A DNA stretch of 64,000 bases, taken from positions 55,242,001 to 55,306,000 of the forward strand of contig NC_043005.1 of the NCBI RefSeq assembly GCF_006345805.1. Reading direction: 5' to 3'. The stretch's first letter is position 1, and every line of letters begins with the position of its first letter. A program made the translations under genes and the position numbers. Source of the DNA: Octopus sinensis. Lineage: Eukaryota. Positions 29,054-40,586 of this stretch are shown in pieces. Below the pieces are notes generated by a model. That model made no database searches and was not told the DNA's origin. It saw only the letters and a list, made by a program, of their open reading frames with translations.

Positions 29054-29422
29054 CAGGAGTGGCTGTGTGGTAAGTAGCTTGCTTACCAACCACATGGTTC
29101 CGGGTTCAGTCCCACTGCGTGGCACCTTGGGCAAGTGTCTTCTACTATAGCCTCGGGCCGACCAAAGCCTTGTGAGTGGATTTGGTAGATGGAAACTGAA
29201 AGAAGCCCGTCGTATATATGTATATATATATATATATATGTATGTTTGTGTGTCTGTGTTTGTCCCCCTAGCATTGCTTGACAACCGATGCTGGTGTGTT
29301 TATGTCCCCGTCACTTAACGGTTCGGCATAACAGACCGATAGAATAAGTGCCGGGGTCGAGTTGCTCGATTAAAGGCGGTGCTCCAGCATGGCCGCAGTC
29401 AGATGACAGAAACAAGTAAAAG
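29054..29422 (+). mobile_element. young full-length family A SINE
   Basis: Closely matches other family A copies; CpG-rich. Confidence 0.9.
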
Positions 29423-29904
29423 AGTATATATATATATACAGCAGACTTCTTTCGGCTTCAATCTACCACTCACAAGGCTTTGGTCAGCCCAAGGCTATAG
29501 CAGAAGCCACTTGCCCAAAGTGGCATGTGATGGGACTGAAACCAGGATCATGTGGTTGGAAGATATATATATATTGTTGTAGATGAGCATTGTACTCATA
29601 CAAGTGAGGCCATTCATTTTTGGGCTTCCGTGAAAACATGTTTGACCATGTAGAAATATTATCTTATTTGCAAACTGGCATGGGTTGGTGACAAGAAGAG
29701 CCTCCCGCTGTAGAAAATCTGCCTCAACAAATTTTTGTCTGACCCAAACAAGCATAGAAAAGTAGACTTAAAAATGAGTATTATATATATGTATGTATTT
29801 ATGCATGTATATGAAAATGGACGAAAAACAACAATGCGAAGTGTGTCTTTGGTGCTAAAAAGCCATTATTTAATTAGTTAAGCAAGGTGAGGTAAGAGCG
29901 ACTT

Positions 29905-29975
29905 TACAGCTGTTTCTGTGTACCATGTTGAGGTAAATATGTATTTACCTCATTGCAAATGGTAGACGTCATCAG
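29905..29975 (-). ncRNA. hammerhead ribozyme-like motif (type I, palindromic helix III)
   Basis: CUGAUGA, long stem II including 11-bp UGAGGUAAAUA/UAUUUACCUCA, then GAAA-CAGCUG-UA; stem I is weak. Confidence 0.6.
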
Positions 29976-30363
29976 AACAAAGAAGGCAGAGGTAGACAAA
30001 GAGGAGAATAGAGCGAAAGATAGAGGGAGAAACCAGAAAAGAAAGTGTTCACCTACAACCTATAAGTTAGTGACGCATAGGTTTTATTAACCACACCAAA
30101 TATCCCTAATTAAGGATAACTTCCTCAGATTACACCGGCGGTCAACTAGCCAAACATGCAGACATATGGAAGTCATGCTAGTAACTAACTACGAGACCTT
30201 GGATTCAACCAACCTCTATTCTTCATCTACCTCACAATGGATTTAATGAACTTTGAACCCAACTAAAATGTAAGACATTCGAATCATTAACTAGTTTCTT
30301 TTCCGGTTTCTCCCTCTATCTTTTGCTCTATTCTTCTCTTTGTCTATCTCTGCCTTCTTCATT

Positions 30364-30433
30364 CTGATGACATCTACCATTTGCAACGAGGAAATACATA
30401 TTAACCTCAACATGGCACACAGAAACAGCTGTA
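30364..30433 (+). ncRNA. hammerhead ribozyme-like motif (second copy)
   Basis: CTGATGA at 30364-30370 and GAAACAGCTGTA at 30422-30433. Confidence 0.55.
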
Positions 30434-30572
30434 AACTCGCTCTTACCCTCACATTGCTTAACTAATTAAATATTGACTTTTTAGCACCAATGACACACTT
30501 CTCACTGTTGTTTTTCCTCCATTTTCTTATTGTCTATATATACATTAAACTACAGTTTACCTTGCAAATTAC

Positions 30573-30648
30573 CTGCAGCCATATACCTTATACCAAGGAC
30601 CATATTTACTGAGGTAATTACCAGGTGTGCTTTTGGATACATCTATCC
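30573..30648 (-). pseudogene. pseudo-exon of the VPS13B-like locus
   Basis: ctctcag| acceptor and CAG|gtaatt donor; GIDVSKSTPGNYL / MVLGIRYMAAG across a frameshift. Confidence 0.35.
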
Positions 30649-30713
30649 CTGAGAGGGTTTAAACATTTCTAACTTACACCTTACATAACATGTATGTATG
30701 TATGTGTGTATAC

Positions 30714-30772
<59 letters not shown>

Positions 30773-31513
30773 TAGATGTTTGTATGTGTGCATTTAAGCA
30801 CATTTCAATATGACATTTTTTTCTCTCGTATCAAATATGTTTGTTTTTAATATTTCGAATCTTGCAATTGAGATAATAATGAATGATGTAGTTTAATTAA
30901 GTTTTCAGGAACTAGCTAATTCATAATCATAAAAATATCTTCTTTTTTTTTTAAAGTCAAGTAAACAAGATTAAAAGTGCAAATGCATCATCATCATCAT
31001 CATTATCAAACTGAAGATTTTGAAAAAGATTCCTATATTTTAGATTGTTTTTGTTTTTTTCAGATTAAATGCTTTTGACTTGTGCTAACTCTATTCTTGT
31101 AAATATTACAGGAATAGTGTTATAAAAAACACTTTTAAGAATCATTTGTGTCTAGCCTAATGACTAATGATAGATAACTTACAATCACTGAGGTGATGCC
31201 TGCAATAGAATTCAATGCACAGACTTGATCAAAAAGACTGAAGAAAACTTAGAAGATGTAAAGCAAGTTTAAATGATTAAACAATGAGTGATGTTTCCAT
31301 TCTGCACTGATTCATTAATTCTGAATTCTGTCATTCATTAAGCGTATTCAACTATAGCAGAACCATCTTACTATATTGTCACATTTTCCACTTGTGGAAT
31401 TGATCTATCTAATTATGTGTGTATTTGAAAAAGTGACTGGCCTTACTATCAGCCCAAAGGACTGATGTCTCATAATCATGCTTTCGTCAATGTTAATATG
31501 TATCTTTGGCCTA

Positions 31514-31725
31514 CGCGGTGAGCTGACAAAATCCTTAAAACACTGGGCAGAATGCTTAGCAGCATTTTATCTATCTTTATGTTCTGAGTTCAAATGCTGC
31601 CATGATTGACTTTGCCTTTCATCCTACCGGGGTTTAATAAAATAAGTACCAGACAAATGCTGGGGTACATGTAATTGACATTCACCCTCCCTGGTAAGCA
31701 TTGACCTTGCGCCAAAATTCAAAAC
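31514..31725 (+). mobile_element. old family B SINE
   Basis: Family B motifs; imperfect flanking duplication AATATGTATC(C/T)(C/T)TGGCC. Confidence 0.75.
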
Positions 31726-31754
31726 CAATATGTATCCCTGGCCAAGATACTTAA

Positions 31755-31945
31755 CCCTTTAGCATTTAAACTGGTCATATCTGGCCAAAATAATTTAACT
31801 GTTTTATGTTCAACCTGACTATATCTGACCTCTCACACCAATCACATCATTGAAATCTCAAAGCTATGAGATAGTGCATGATTAATTCAAAAAATGTGAA
31901 TAAATAAGCTTTACATTTGACAAAATAACTTTAGATGCTAATGGG
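31755..31945 (+). mobile_element. TTAA-targeting (piggyBac-type) MITE
   Basis: TTAA at 31751-31754 and 31946-31949; termini CCCTTTAGCAT...ATGCTAATGGG. Confidence 0.85.
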
Positions 31946-32974
31946 TTAACAGTCAATTCAGTTTATCAGTGCATATATTTGAAAATAGGTACCATGTGTA
32001 GGTACAGCTGAATGTTGTTAGAAATAAATGTGTGTTAGGAGAATGATGTATGAAAGTTCAAAATGGGTGTGTCGAGGATCTGAGATATCTAGGGAAGAAC
32101 AAGGTGAGTGTAAGTCTAATCTGTAAGAATTAAGAACATGTGACTAAATATCTGTAATAATGAGCCCCTGGTCAGCTCCGATCAACTTATGATCACAGAC
32201 CTCCTCGCTGTGATTATCTCAGCTTTTTGTAATATTCCAGGATTAACACTGTGAATATTTCTACACATGGTGAGTATTAAGCATGTATGCAGTAGTACTG
32301 AGGTATTTAGTATTTATAATTTGTGCATGCTGCTTCTGCTTGCTACACTGCTCCCATTTGCTATCAAAAGCTATCCTTCTTTATAGAAGTGAAAAGAGTG
32401 ATTGAGTACATAAGTCTCTTTTGGCTAGTACACTGTCTACTCCCAAAATTCTTGTAGATCCTTTTTATGGCCATATCTGGTTATTAGGTACTTTGCAGTT
32501 CCAGTGTAAACTATGGAGAATCTCTGAGCAGCAGTGGTCTGAAACAAGTATGTGCATGGGCCCACTAGTGTGCAGGCATCTCCTGACATCTATCAACAAC
32601 TGTTATATCTATGAGCTAATAGCAAATACAGATGGAGCTCATGAAAGGCACTCTGTCAAACAGAAGGTTACTGCAGAGAAAAACTAGGGGTGCTGCTCAC
32701 ATTTGGTACTATATCATATGTCACCAGAAAGTTTCCGAGTGAAGGTCAGATAAAAGCTTATGCCTAAATGAATAGGGTGAGTTTGTGAGGAACTGGATGA
32801 AACAGCTGTTGACAATCCTAATAGAGGCCCGGGAATGCTGGAGGTGCCACTGGATAACATGCCTGAGGATGAGCTAAACAATCCTTTCTACTATGGGCAC
32901 AAGGCCTGAAATTTGGGAATGGAGGCTTGTCAATTACATCGACCCCAGTGCTCAGTGGGAACTTATTTCATCAA

Positions 32975-33171
32975 TACAGTTCTATATTTAAGAGATGGGG
33001 AATTATGTACATTATTTACATTTCACAGATATTTGTTCTCATCTTCTTGGTTCCTAACACAATGTTTTGGCTGATATATCCTCCAGCCTTCATCAGGTGT
33101 CTTGGGGAAATTTTGAACCTAGGTTCTCATTCCTAAGGTATTTTTCAATGTTATTATTATTATCATTATCG

Positions 33172-33222
<51 letters not shown>

Positions 33223-33385
33223 TCACTGCCTGAAATTGAACTCGGAACCTTGGGTTAGTAGCTTGCGCTCTTAACCACTACGCCATATGCCCATGGGCAT
33301 ATGGTGTAGTGGTTAAGAGCATGGCCTACTAACCCCAAAATTCTGAGTTCTATTCTAGGCAGTGACTGGAATAATAATAATAATA

Positions 33386-33425
<40 letters not shown>

Positions 33426-33568
33426 TAATAACATTGAAAAATACCTTAGGAATGAGAACCCAGGTTCAAAGTTTCCCCAAGACACCTGATGAAGGCTGGG
33501 AGGGAATATCAGCCGAAACGTGTTAGCAACAAACAATATGAGGACAAATATCTATCAAATGTAAATAA
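32975..33568. mobile_element. palindromic tRNA-headed, hammerhead-motif-bearing element (two head-to-head ~280-bp arms)
   Basis: Centre 33293/33294 (CCATATGCCCATGGGCATATGG). Each arm has a tRNA-like head, (AAT)n and CTGATGA-stem-GAAAC (the left arm has AAAAC). 12-bp TSD with 1 mismatch at 32963-32974 and 33569-33580, inside a family B SINE. Confidence 0.8.
33486..33524 (+). ncRNA. minimal hammerhead-like motif
   Basis: CUGAUGA-A-GGCUG(loop)CAGCC-GAAAC-GUGUU; the helix I/III assignment is ambiguous. Confidence 0.5.
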
Positions 33569-34029
33569 TTATTTTATCAACCCTGAACGGTGATAGGCAA
33601 AGTCAACCCTGGTGTCAGTTGAACTCAGCATGTAAAGCCAGAAATGCTGCTAAGCATTTTGTCCAGTATGCTAACAATTGGGCCAATTTGCTGCATAAGG
33701 ATGATCTAAATAAGGTCTGTGCTGACTAATGCAGTGTCTCTCATGCATTCTTTTACTTATTCCATTCATTGGGATGTGGCCATGATGGAGTACTGCCTTG
33801 AAAGGTTTTGTTAATCGAATTGACTCCAGTATTTTAAGTCTGGTATTTATTCTATCAATGTCTTCATGCCAAATGACTAGGTTATGGGGACACAAACAAA
33901 CTAGTGGTTGTCAAGCAATGAGAGACAAATACAAAAATTCACATATACATATATACATATACATACACACATACATGCATACATATTTACATACATACTT
34001 GCATACACACACATATATACACACATGCT

Positions 34030-34366
34030 GAGACCCCCTTCGGTCATAACTAACTATGGGATTGCACCTAGAAATTTACCCTACCAGGCACAAGTCCAGG
34101 CAAGGTTGTTTATGGAAGACTAGCAGTCTCCCATGCATACCGGCCTCCCCTCTCCACACCACCAGTGTTATCCAAGGGAAAGGCAAAGGCTGATACAGCT
34201 TGGCACCTGTGATGTCGCAACTAATTTCTACAGCTGAGTGATCTGGAGCAACGTGAAATAAAGTGTCTTGCTCAAGAACACAACATTTAGCCCAGTCCAG
34301 GATTTGAACTCACAACCTCACGATCATAAGCTTGATACTCTAACCACTGATCCATGTGCCTCCACA
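34030..34366 (-). mobile_element. family C SINE
   Basis: Homologous to 38772-39102. Confidence 0.85.
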
Positions 34367-34559
34367 CATATGTACATACATATATACGTTGTTCCACACA
34401 TACATACATACGTACACACACTCATACATCCCTTCAGCAATATCCATTAACTACCAAGTGTCAAAGTGCATCCTATGACCAAATTTGCATACCTGAAGCT
34501 GATAACATCATGAGACTTGGAAAGCAGTTCCTTGAGTAACATTCCTTGTCTGGTAACCT

Positions 34560-35390
34560 TAAATACATGCCAAACTCTACCTCAATGTATCATCAGATGA
34601 AAGGATGAACATGTAAGAAGACCATGTGTGGATATGTTGGAAGAAAGCTCTGGGATGATAGTAACATTGATCATCAAAGCAGTTTATCATGGATCAACAA
34701 CCAGCTTACTAACTCCCACTTTGAAAGGTATGCATTTACAATCCAGGAACAGGAAATGTCAACCAAATATCTGATGCACAAAAGGGACAGAGATGCAGGA
34801 AAAGCAGTAAAATGTGATAGATAACCAATGCAGACTTTGTGGAGTTATCACCAACAATATTACCCATATGATAAGTAGTTGTCCGAAAATGTCATCATGG
34901 TATTATCTGCTGATGAGACATGATGTTGTAGCTAGGACACTGTATAATGAGATCTGTCAGAAGGATAACCCTGAGGCCAAAGAAATAAGAAATATGGTAG
35001 AGGTCATAGCCACTCATAATATAAAAGAGTACTGGTGCAATATCCCAGTGAAGACTTCAATAAAATGCTAACATTATAGATTTGACATAGAGAAGATTTG
35101 GGATAGAGAAGAGAAACTGTACAGTTCTGGAAATCAGCTGCCCAGCAGATATTAACATGAAGCAAAAAAGAAAAGACCTATGCTGAACTATTGAGAAATC
35201 TACTGTTACTCTACCCAGATTACAACTTCAGGTTTATACTTGTAATTATTGGGGCACTGGAATACATAACACACTGCCTAAGTAGCAATTTTGAGAAATT
35301 AGATTTCTCAAAACCAGAAAGGAGAAAGCTGGTTTGAAGACCACAGATCTAAGCCATCACTGGAACTAAAAATCTATAGAACTTTCCAGG
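34560..35390 (+). mobile_element. degenerate 3' part of an R4/Dong-like (restriction-like endonuclease) non-LTR retrotransposon
   Basis: S.SW...IQEQEMSTKY, CCHC knuckle CRLCG..ITHMISSCP..YL.RHDVVA, then EISCPAD.N and IIGAL; stops and frameshifts present. Confidence 0.75.
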
Positions 35391-35675
35391 GGGTTTTCTT
35401 TTCCTTTTCAAACAGTTGAAGTGTGATTTTGGGGACAATTTACTGATATTTGGATCACAATTATTGTTGCCCACTGAAATAGGTGATAATAATTAAGTTT
35501 AGTTTAAGGAGCTTATTAAGCTTAATTCTACTTTGAGCCTATTAATATAATTTCTTGGTCAGTATTGTGCAAGTTAAGAAAATATCTAAATGTACTTGAT
35601 AGGATATATATTTATCCAATAAAAATTACCCCCTTACTCTTGTTACTTACATTATATAAAATAGAAAATAAATGC

Positions 35676-35917
35676 ACCCTTTTAAAGCCTAGCCAGGCTC
35701 ATGGGCCCAGTTTCCCGGTTTCTATGGCGTATGTGTTCCCCAGCTGGACGGGCCGCCAGTCCATGCAGCGTTACTCATTTTTGCCAACTGAGTGGACTGG
35801 AGCAATGTGAAATGAAGTGTTTTGCTCAAGAACACGTGTCGCCCAGTCCAGGAATCGAAACTACAATCTTATGATCATGAGTCCAACACCCTAGCAACTA
35901 AGCCATGTGCCTCCACA
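35676..35917 (-). mobile_element. family C-related SINE with a different 3' tail
   Basis: tRNA head and TTGAGCAAAACACTTCATTTCAC core; homologous to ~44755-44968. Confidence 0.8.
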
Positions 35918-36009
35918 GTAGGATTATATATTTCAACTAAACTTCTGAGAAAATATCTCTAGATATCACCAGACAAACTAAAATTCTATTTAATATTAAT
36001 GTATATAAA

Positions 36010-37403
36010 AAGGTGGTGAACTGACAGAATCATTAGCACACCAAGCAAAATGCTTAGCAGATATTTGTCTGGCTTTATATTCTGAATTCAAATTCCAATA
36101 TGGTCAACTTTGTCTTCCATCCTTTCAGGGTCAGTGAAATCGTCTTCCTGGCATCACTGCATTGATGAAGATTAGGAAGGCTGTTTGCCCACGTCGTCTG
36201 CATGCTTGTTCGTGGCTGATAAGGCCAATGTGGGATCAACATATCTGATTGCATTGATGGTTGTTCAGGGTCTAACGATGCAGCTGCATTATTTTTCTGC
36301 CTCTGATATTTGTCTCAAGAGGGGCACTTGTAAGAGATCTCAAAGGAGGAAACAACATTGCTGATGGTATGGCATCGAGCAACGTGGTCAGCTGTCAGAG
36401 TGGACCACTCACAATAATCAATGGGGAAGTCAGTGAAATAAGTACCAGTTGAACACTGTGGCCAATGTAATCAATTTAGCCCATCCCCTGAAGATGTTAG
36501 CCATGAGCCAAAATTTGAAACATCTATTAATGTACGCACAAAGGTGGTGAGCTAACAGAATTATCAGCATGCACAGCACAATGCTATGCTTAGTGGTATT
36601 TTGTCAATTTTTATGTTGTCAGTTCAAATTCTGTCACAGTCAACTTCACCTTTCATCCTTTTGGGATTGAAAAAATAAGTGTCAATGGAGCATTTGGGTT
36701 GATGTAATTGGCTTAACCCCACTCCCGAAATTGCTGGCCTTGTGCCAGAATTTGAAACCAATATTAAATGTACATAACAGAATCATTAGCATGCCAGGCA
36801 AAATGCTTAGTGGTATTTCTGGGTTCAGATGCCATGATGCCAATTTGAAGCCAATATTGATGTACACATGACATACCTTTGTTAAAGTAATATATATACA
36901 TATATTTCTGCCAACATCACCTTTGCCTTTCATCCTTTCAGGATCGATAAATTAAGTACCAGTTGTGTGCTGGGGTCGATCTAATCGACAGCCTACCCCA
37001 CTTCCCCAATATTTCAGGCCGTGTGCCTAGAGTAGAAAAGAATATTTCTGTCCTATTCTTATTTAGCTTGCTGGGCAAAATGCTTAGTGGTATTTCATCT
37101 GTCTTTATGTTCTGAGTTCAAATTCCACCGAGATCAACTTTGCCTTTCATCCTTTTGGAGTTGATAAATTAAGTAGCAGTTGCATACTGAGGTCGATCAA
37201 ATGGACTGGTCCCTTCCTCCAAAATTTCAGGCCTTGTGCCTAGAGTAGAAAAGAGTATATATATACATATATTTCCGCCAATGTCAACTTTGCCTTTCAT
37301 CCTTTTGGGGTCAATAAATTAAGTACCAATTGTGTACTGGGTTCAATCTAATTGACTGGCTCCCTCCTCAAAATTTTGGGCTTTGTGCCTAGAGTAGAAA
37401 AGA
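36010..37403 (+). mobile_element. head-to-tail cluster of ~6 family B SINE copies and fragments
   Basis: Repeated CTTTCATCCTTT..AAGTACCAGTT..GGCCTTGTGCC motifs, all in the same orientation. Confidence 0.85.
36141..36428 (-). mobile_element. 5'-truncated RTE-clade LINE 3' end
   Basis: - strand reads IDYCEWSTLTADH..SFE..DKYQRQK..HIGLISHEQACRRR; 11-bp TSD GTCAGTGAAAT at 36130-36140 and 36429-36439. Confidence 0.75.
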
Positions 37404-37682
37404 ATATATACACATATATCGTTTGTGAATATATTGGTATGTGTGTTTCTACACTACATACCTCTCGACATGGGGCAGCTGCATGAGGAGGATAACTTAC
37501 ACACACACACACACATACATACATACATATATACATACTTACACACAAACATACATACATGCATGCATGCATACATGAATGTATGCATACATACATACAT
37601 ACATACATACATACATAATTTTGTTTTGCTGCCAGTGAAATGACACAGCTCTATTCAGATATACGTGCCGGAAGAAACTTAC

Positions 37683-38094
37683 TTTTTTTTTTTAACCACA
37701 GGAAATCAATGAGATATTGATGAGTATCTATCTCAATAAAGACTCATGAAATAGCAGTATTTTTCTAAATTATTGACTGCTCAACTTTCCTCTAATGCTT
37801 CATTACTATAGCTGCCTGAATCTTCCACAGAAGCCTTTCTTTCTTTCTTTATTTATTTCCTTCTTTCCTTCTCTCTTTCTTTCTTTCTGTCTTAGTTGAT
37901 CTTTTTTTGTGATGTTTACCGTAAGCTAAGAGAAATTGCTTTTACCATCTCATAGGTAAATTGTGGATTTATTTAAGTTATAGCCCAGTCCAGAAGCTTG
38001 AAGATAATCCTTTTACTTAGATCTAATCATATGCTGAGATAAGCTAGCTGGTTATTCGAGTGTATAAAAGAAGCAACATCAGCTTAAGTGATTG
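37683..38094 (-). pseudogene. two pseudo-exons (37920-38094 and ~37683-37815), last VAB repeat
   Basis: QLAYLSI*LDLSKRIIF versus recalled VPS13B VTYLTLSEDPSPRVII; S*VFIEIDTHQYLIDFLWLKK|gtaagt versus QVVFLTGFGYVYVDVVHQCG. Confidence 0.5.
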
Positions 38095-38571
38095 CTACGT
38101 AAAAGGAACACACAAATCTATATGTTATTCTATGCGACAATATCGGAAGATAAAAGCAAAATCTGACATAGATTCAGTTTCGAAACATTAATTTCTTTTT
38201 CTAGCATTTAGTGTCCTCAACATAATGTCCATATCAATGACAAGATATAACGAGACAGACAGAATTAATAATAAGCTTTTGTTAGCTTAATGTATGTAGC
38301 ATTGTTTAACATTGATATTTTCAACATTGATCAATGTTGTATCGGAGAACTTAGATAATATGGTTGGAAAACATCACAACACCAGATACTACTTATTAGC
38401 AATACTTCATACCAACTATTATGATTTTCTCACTTAGGCACAAGGCCAAATTTTTTTTTTTTTTTGAAGTTGATGGCTATTTTGACTTACATTGATACCT
38501 GTTTATAATTAGCTGCTTTTTTTTCTTTCTTTCTTTTTTTTTTTTCATTCAACTTAAAAAGATTCACTGAC

Positions 38572-38671
38572 CTTAGTAATTTAGCACAATGCTTGGAATC
38601 AGAGGCATGTGCATGTAAGAACAAATAGTTACTGCAGTATAGCATACTACTGTCTAAGGTTATTTCCACAG
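38572..38671 (-). pseudogene. exon-like segment of the VPS13B-like locus
   Basis: ttttcccctcag| acceptor and AAG|gtcagt donor; open frame VEITLDSSMLYCSNYLFLHAHASDSKHCAKLL, but its phase does not match the 40587 exon. Confidence 0.45.
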
Positions 38672-38732
38672 CTGAGGGGAAAATGTTTGCATGCATTCAT
38701 CCATTGCATACATACGTACATACATGCATACA

Positions 38733-38763
<31 letters not shown>

Positions 38764-38771
38764 TTATATTT

Positions 38772-39102
38772 TGAGACCCCCCTTCGGTCCTGACACAGAC
38801 CATGGGATTGCACCTAGAAAGTTACCCTCCCAGGCACAAGTCCGGGCTAGGTTGTTTATGGAAGACCAGCAGTCGCCCATGCATACCGGCCTCTCCACTC
38901 CACGCCACCAGTGTTATCCAAGGGAAAGGCAAAGGCCGATACAGCTTGGCACCTGTGACGTCGCAAATCATTTCTACAGCTGAGTGAACTGGAACAACAT
39001 GAAATAAAGTGTCTTGCTCAAGAACACAACACGCAGACCGGTCCGGGATTCGAGCTCGCAACCTCATGATCGTAAGCTTGACGCTTTAACCACTGAGCCA
39101 TG
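38772..39102 (-). mobile_element. young family C SINE
   Basis: CpG-rich full copy. Confidence 0.9.
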
Positions 39103-39248
39103 CATACAAACATACATACATACATACATACATACATACATACATACATACATACATACATACATACATACATACATACATACATACATACATACATACA
39201 TACATACATACATACATACATACATACATACATACATACATACATACA

Positions 39249-39282
<34 letters not shown>

Positions 39283-39288
39283 CATACA

Positions 39289-39322
<34 letters not shown>

Positions 39323-39337
39323 CATGCATGCATACAT
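39103..39337. repeat. (CATA)n microsatellite, over 50 units
   Basis: Directly visible; source of the HTYI/MYVC ORFs. Confidence 0.97.
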
Positions 39338-39579
39338 ATTTGCAGTATTATAGATCTATTTCAGCTGATCTGACCACTCAGTTCCTCACTGGATATTAGA
39401 TAACAGTGTGGTTGAATATCCCCACATGCATTTCAGAGATGGCAGGTATCTTTCAGTCATTAGACTGCAGCCATGCTGGGGCACTTCCTTGAAGAATCAA
39501 TACCAGTATTTATTTACTTTTTTTTTAGATAAGTCTAGTACTTATTCTATTGGTCTCTTTTGTCTAGCAACTAAGGGAT

Positions 39580-39742
39580 CATCATCATCATCATCATCAT
39601 CATCGTTTAACGTCCACTTTCCATGCTAGCATGGGTTGGACGGTTCAACTGGGGTCTGGGGAGCCCGAAGGCTGCACCAGGCCAGTCAGATCTGGCAGTG
39701 TTTCTACAGCTGGATGCCCTTCCTAATGCCAACCACTCCACA
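39580..39742 (-). mobile_element. (ATG)n-tailed retroposon 3' end; homologues at ~48560-48808, ~51640-51825 and 56968-57210
   Basis: Shared CAGCTGGATGCCCTTCCTAA(C/T)GCCAACCACTC motif and a (CAT)n tail. Confidence 0.75.
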
Positions 39743-40409
39743 TATTTGCAAATCAGAGCAAAAAAGGTAAAAAAAAAATTTTTTAAAAAAAGACAGCTGG
39801 CATTCCGTCGGTTGTGACATTCTGCTCGCGAAAGTAAAGAAGTTAATGTGCAAGTGGCTGAGTACTCCACAGACAGCGTGACACACAGAGTGTAACAAGG
39901 CTGACCCTTTGAATTACCTTTGAGATACCTGCCATCTCTGATGGGGATGTAAATACACCAGCACTGTTTGTCAAGCAGTAGTGGGGAACAAACACACACA
40001 TATATATATAGAGAGAGAAATAGACAGACAGATAGACAGATAAATGGATGATGAGCTTTTGTCAGTTCTTGTCTACCAAATCCACTCACAAAGCTTTGGT
40101 CAATCCGAGGCTATAGTAGAAGACACTTGCCCAAGGTGCCTCGCAGTGGGATTGAGCCTGAAACCATGTTATTTGGAAGCAAACTTCTTACCACACACTT
40201 ACACCTGCACCTACATATAAATAACAAAAAATAGCTTCAACTAGTCATCTAGTTACTCTAGAACAAAAGCTACACTCCCAACCAGCTATGACTGCAATAG
40301 GATTTAAAATCCAGCTGAAACTCATTAAATTCATCTGCTAATAACCGTCATTAGATGGCCCCTTAACTACTGATGGAATTGTTGGATTACTGGTAAGTTC
40401 ACCACCATC

Positions 40410-40505
40410 AATTCACTGTGAAGAAAGTTCACCATGAAGAACGGTCCCCATGAAGAATGGTCACTGTGAAGAAGATTCACCATGAGGAAAGTTTACCAAG
40501 AAAAT
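40410..40505 (+). repeat. 16-bp degenerate tandem repeat (~6 units, xxTTCACCATGAAGAA)
   Basis: Directly visible; likely a subterminal array of a DNA transposon. Confidence 0.7.
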
Positions 40506-40586
40506 ATACCCATAGTATCTTAACATTAATAGATAAAAACTATTTTATTGAAAAAAAGAATAGGGAATTGATGACAGCGAACTTAC

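Larger units (their letters stand above)
29813..30526 (+). mobile_element. Penelope-like element remnant: inverted pseudo-LTR pair flanking the 3' end of the ORF
   Basis: Arms 29813-30044 and 30295-30526 are inverted repeats, each with CTGATGA...GAAACAGCTGTA. The spacer gives a degenerate WI..L...P.NGFNEL* resembling the Penelope endonuclease C-terminus. Confidence 0.7.
31183..32120 (-). pseudogene. pseudo-exon(s) of the VPS13 C-terminal region, interrupted by a MITE and a SINE
   Basis: Fragments RHTHFELS, QLYLH/GTYFQIYALIN, YLGQGYILTLTKA*L*DI and SLFDQVCALNSIAGITSVI|gtaagt occur in VPS13B-like order. Confidence 0.45.

Noticed and set aside
32421-32880. Higher-GC ORF-like stretch
   Set aside because: No recognisable motif on either strand; probably an old LINE fragment, left unannotated.
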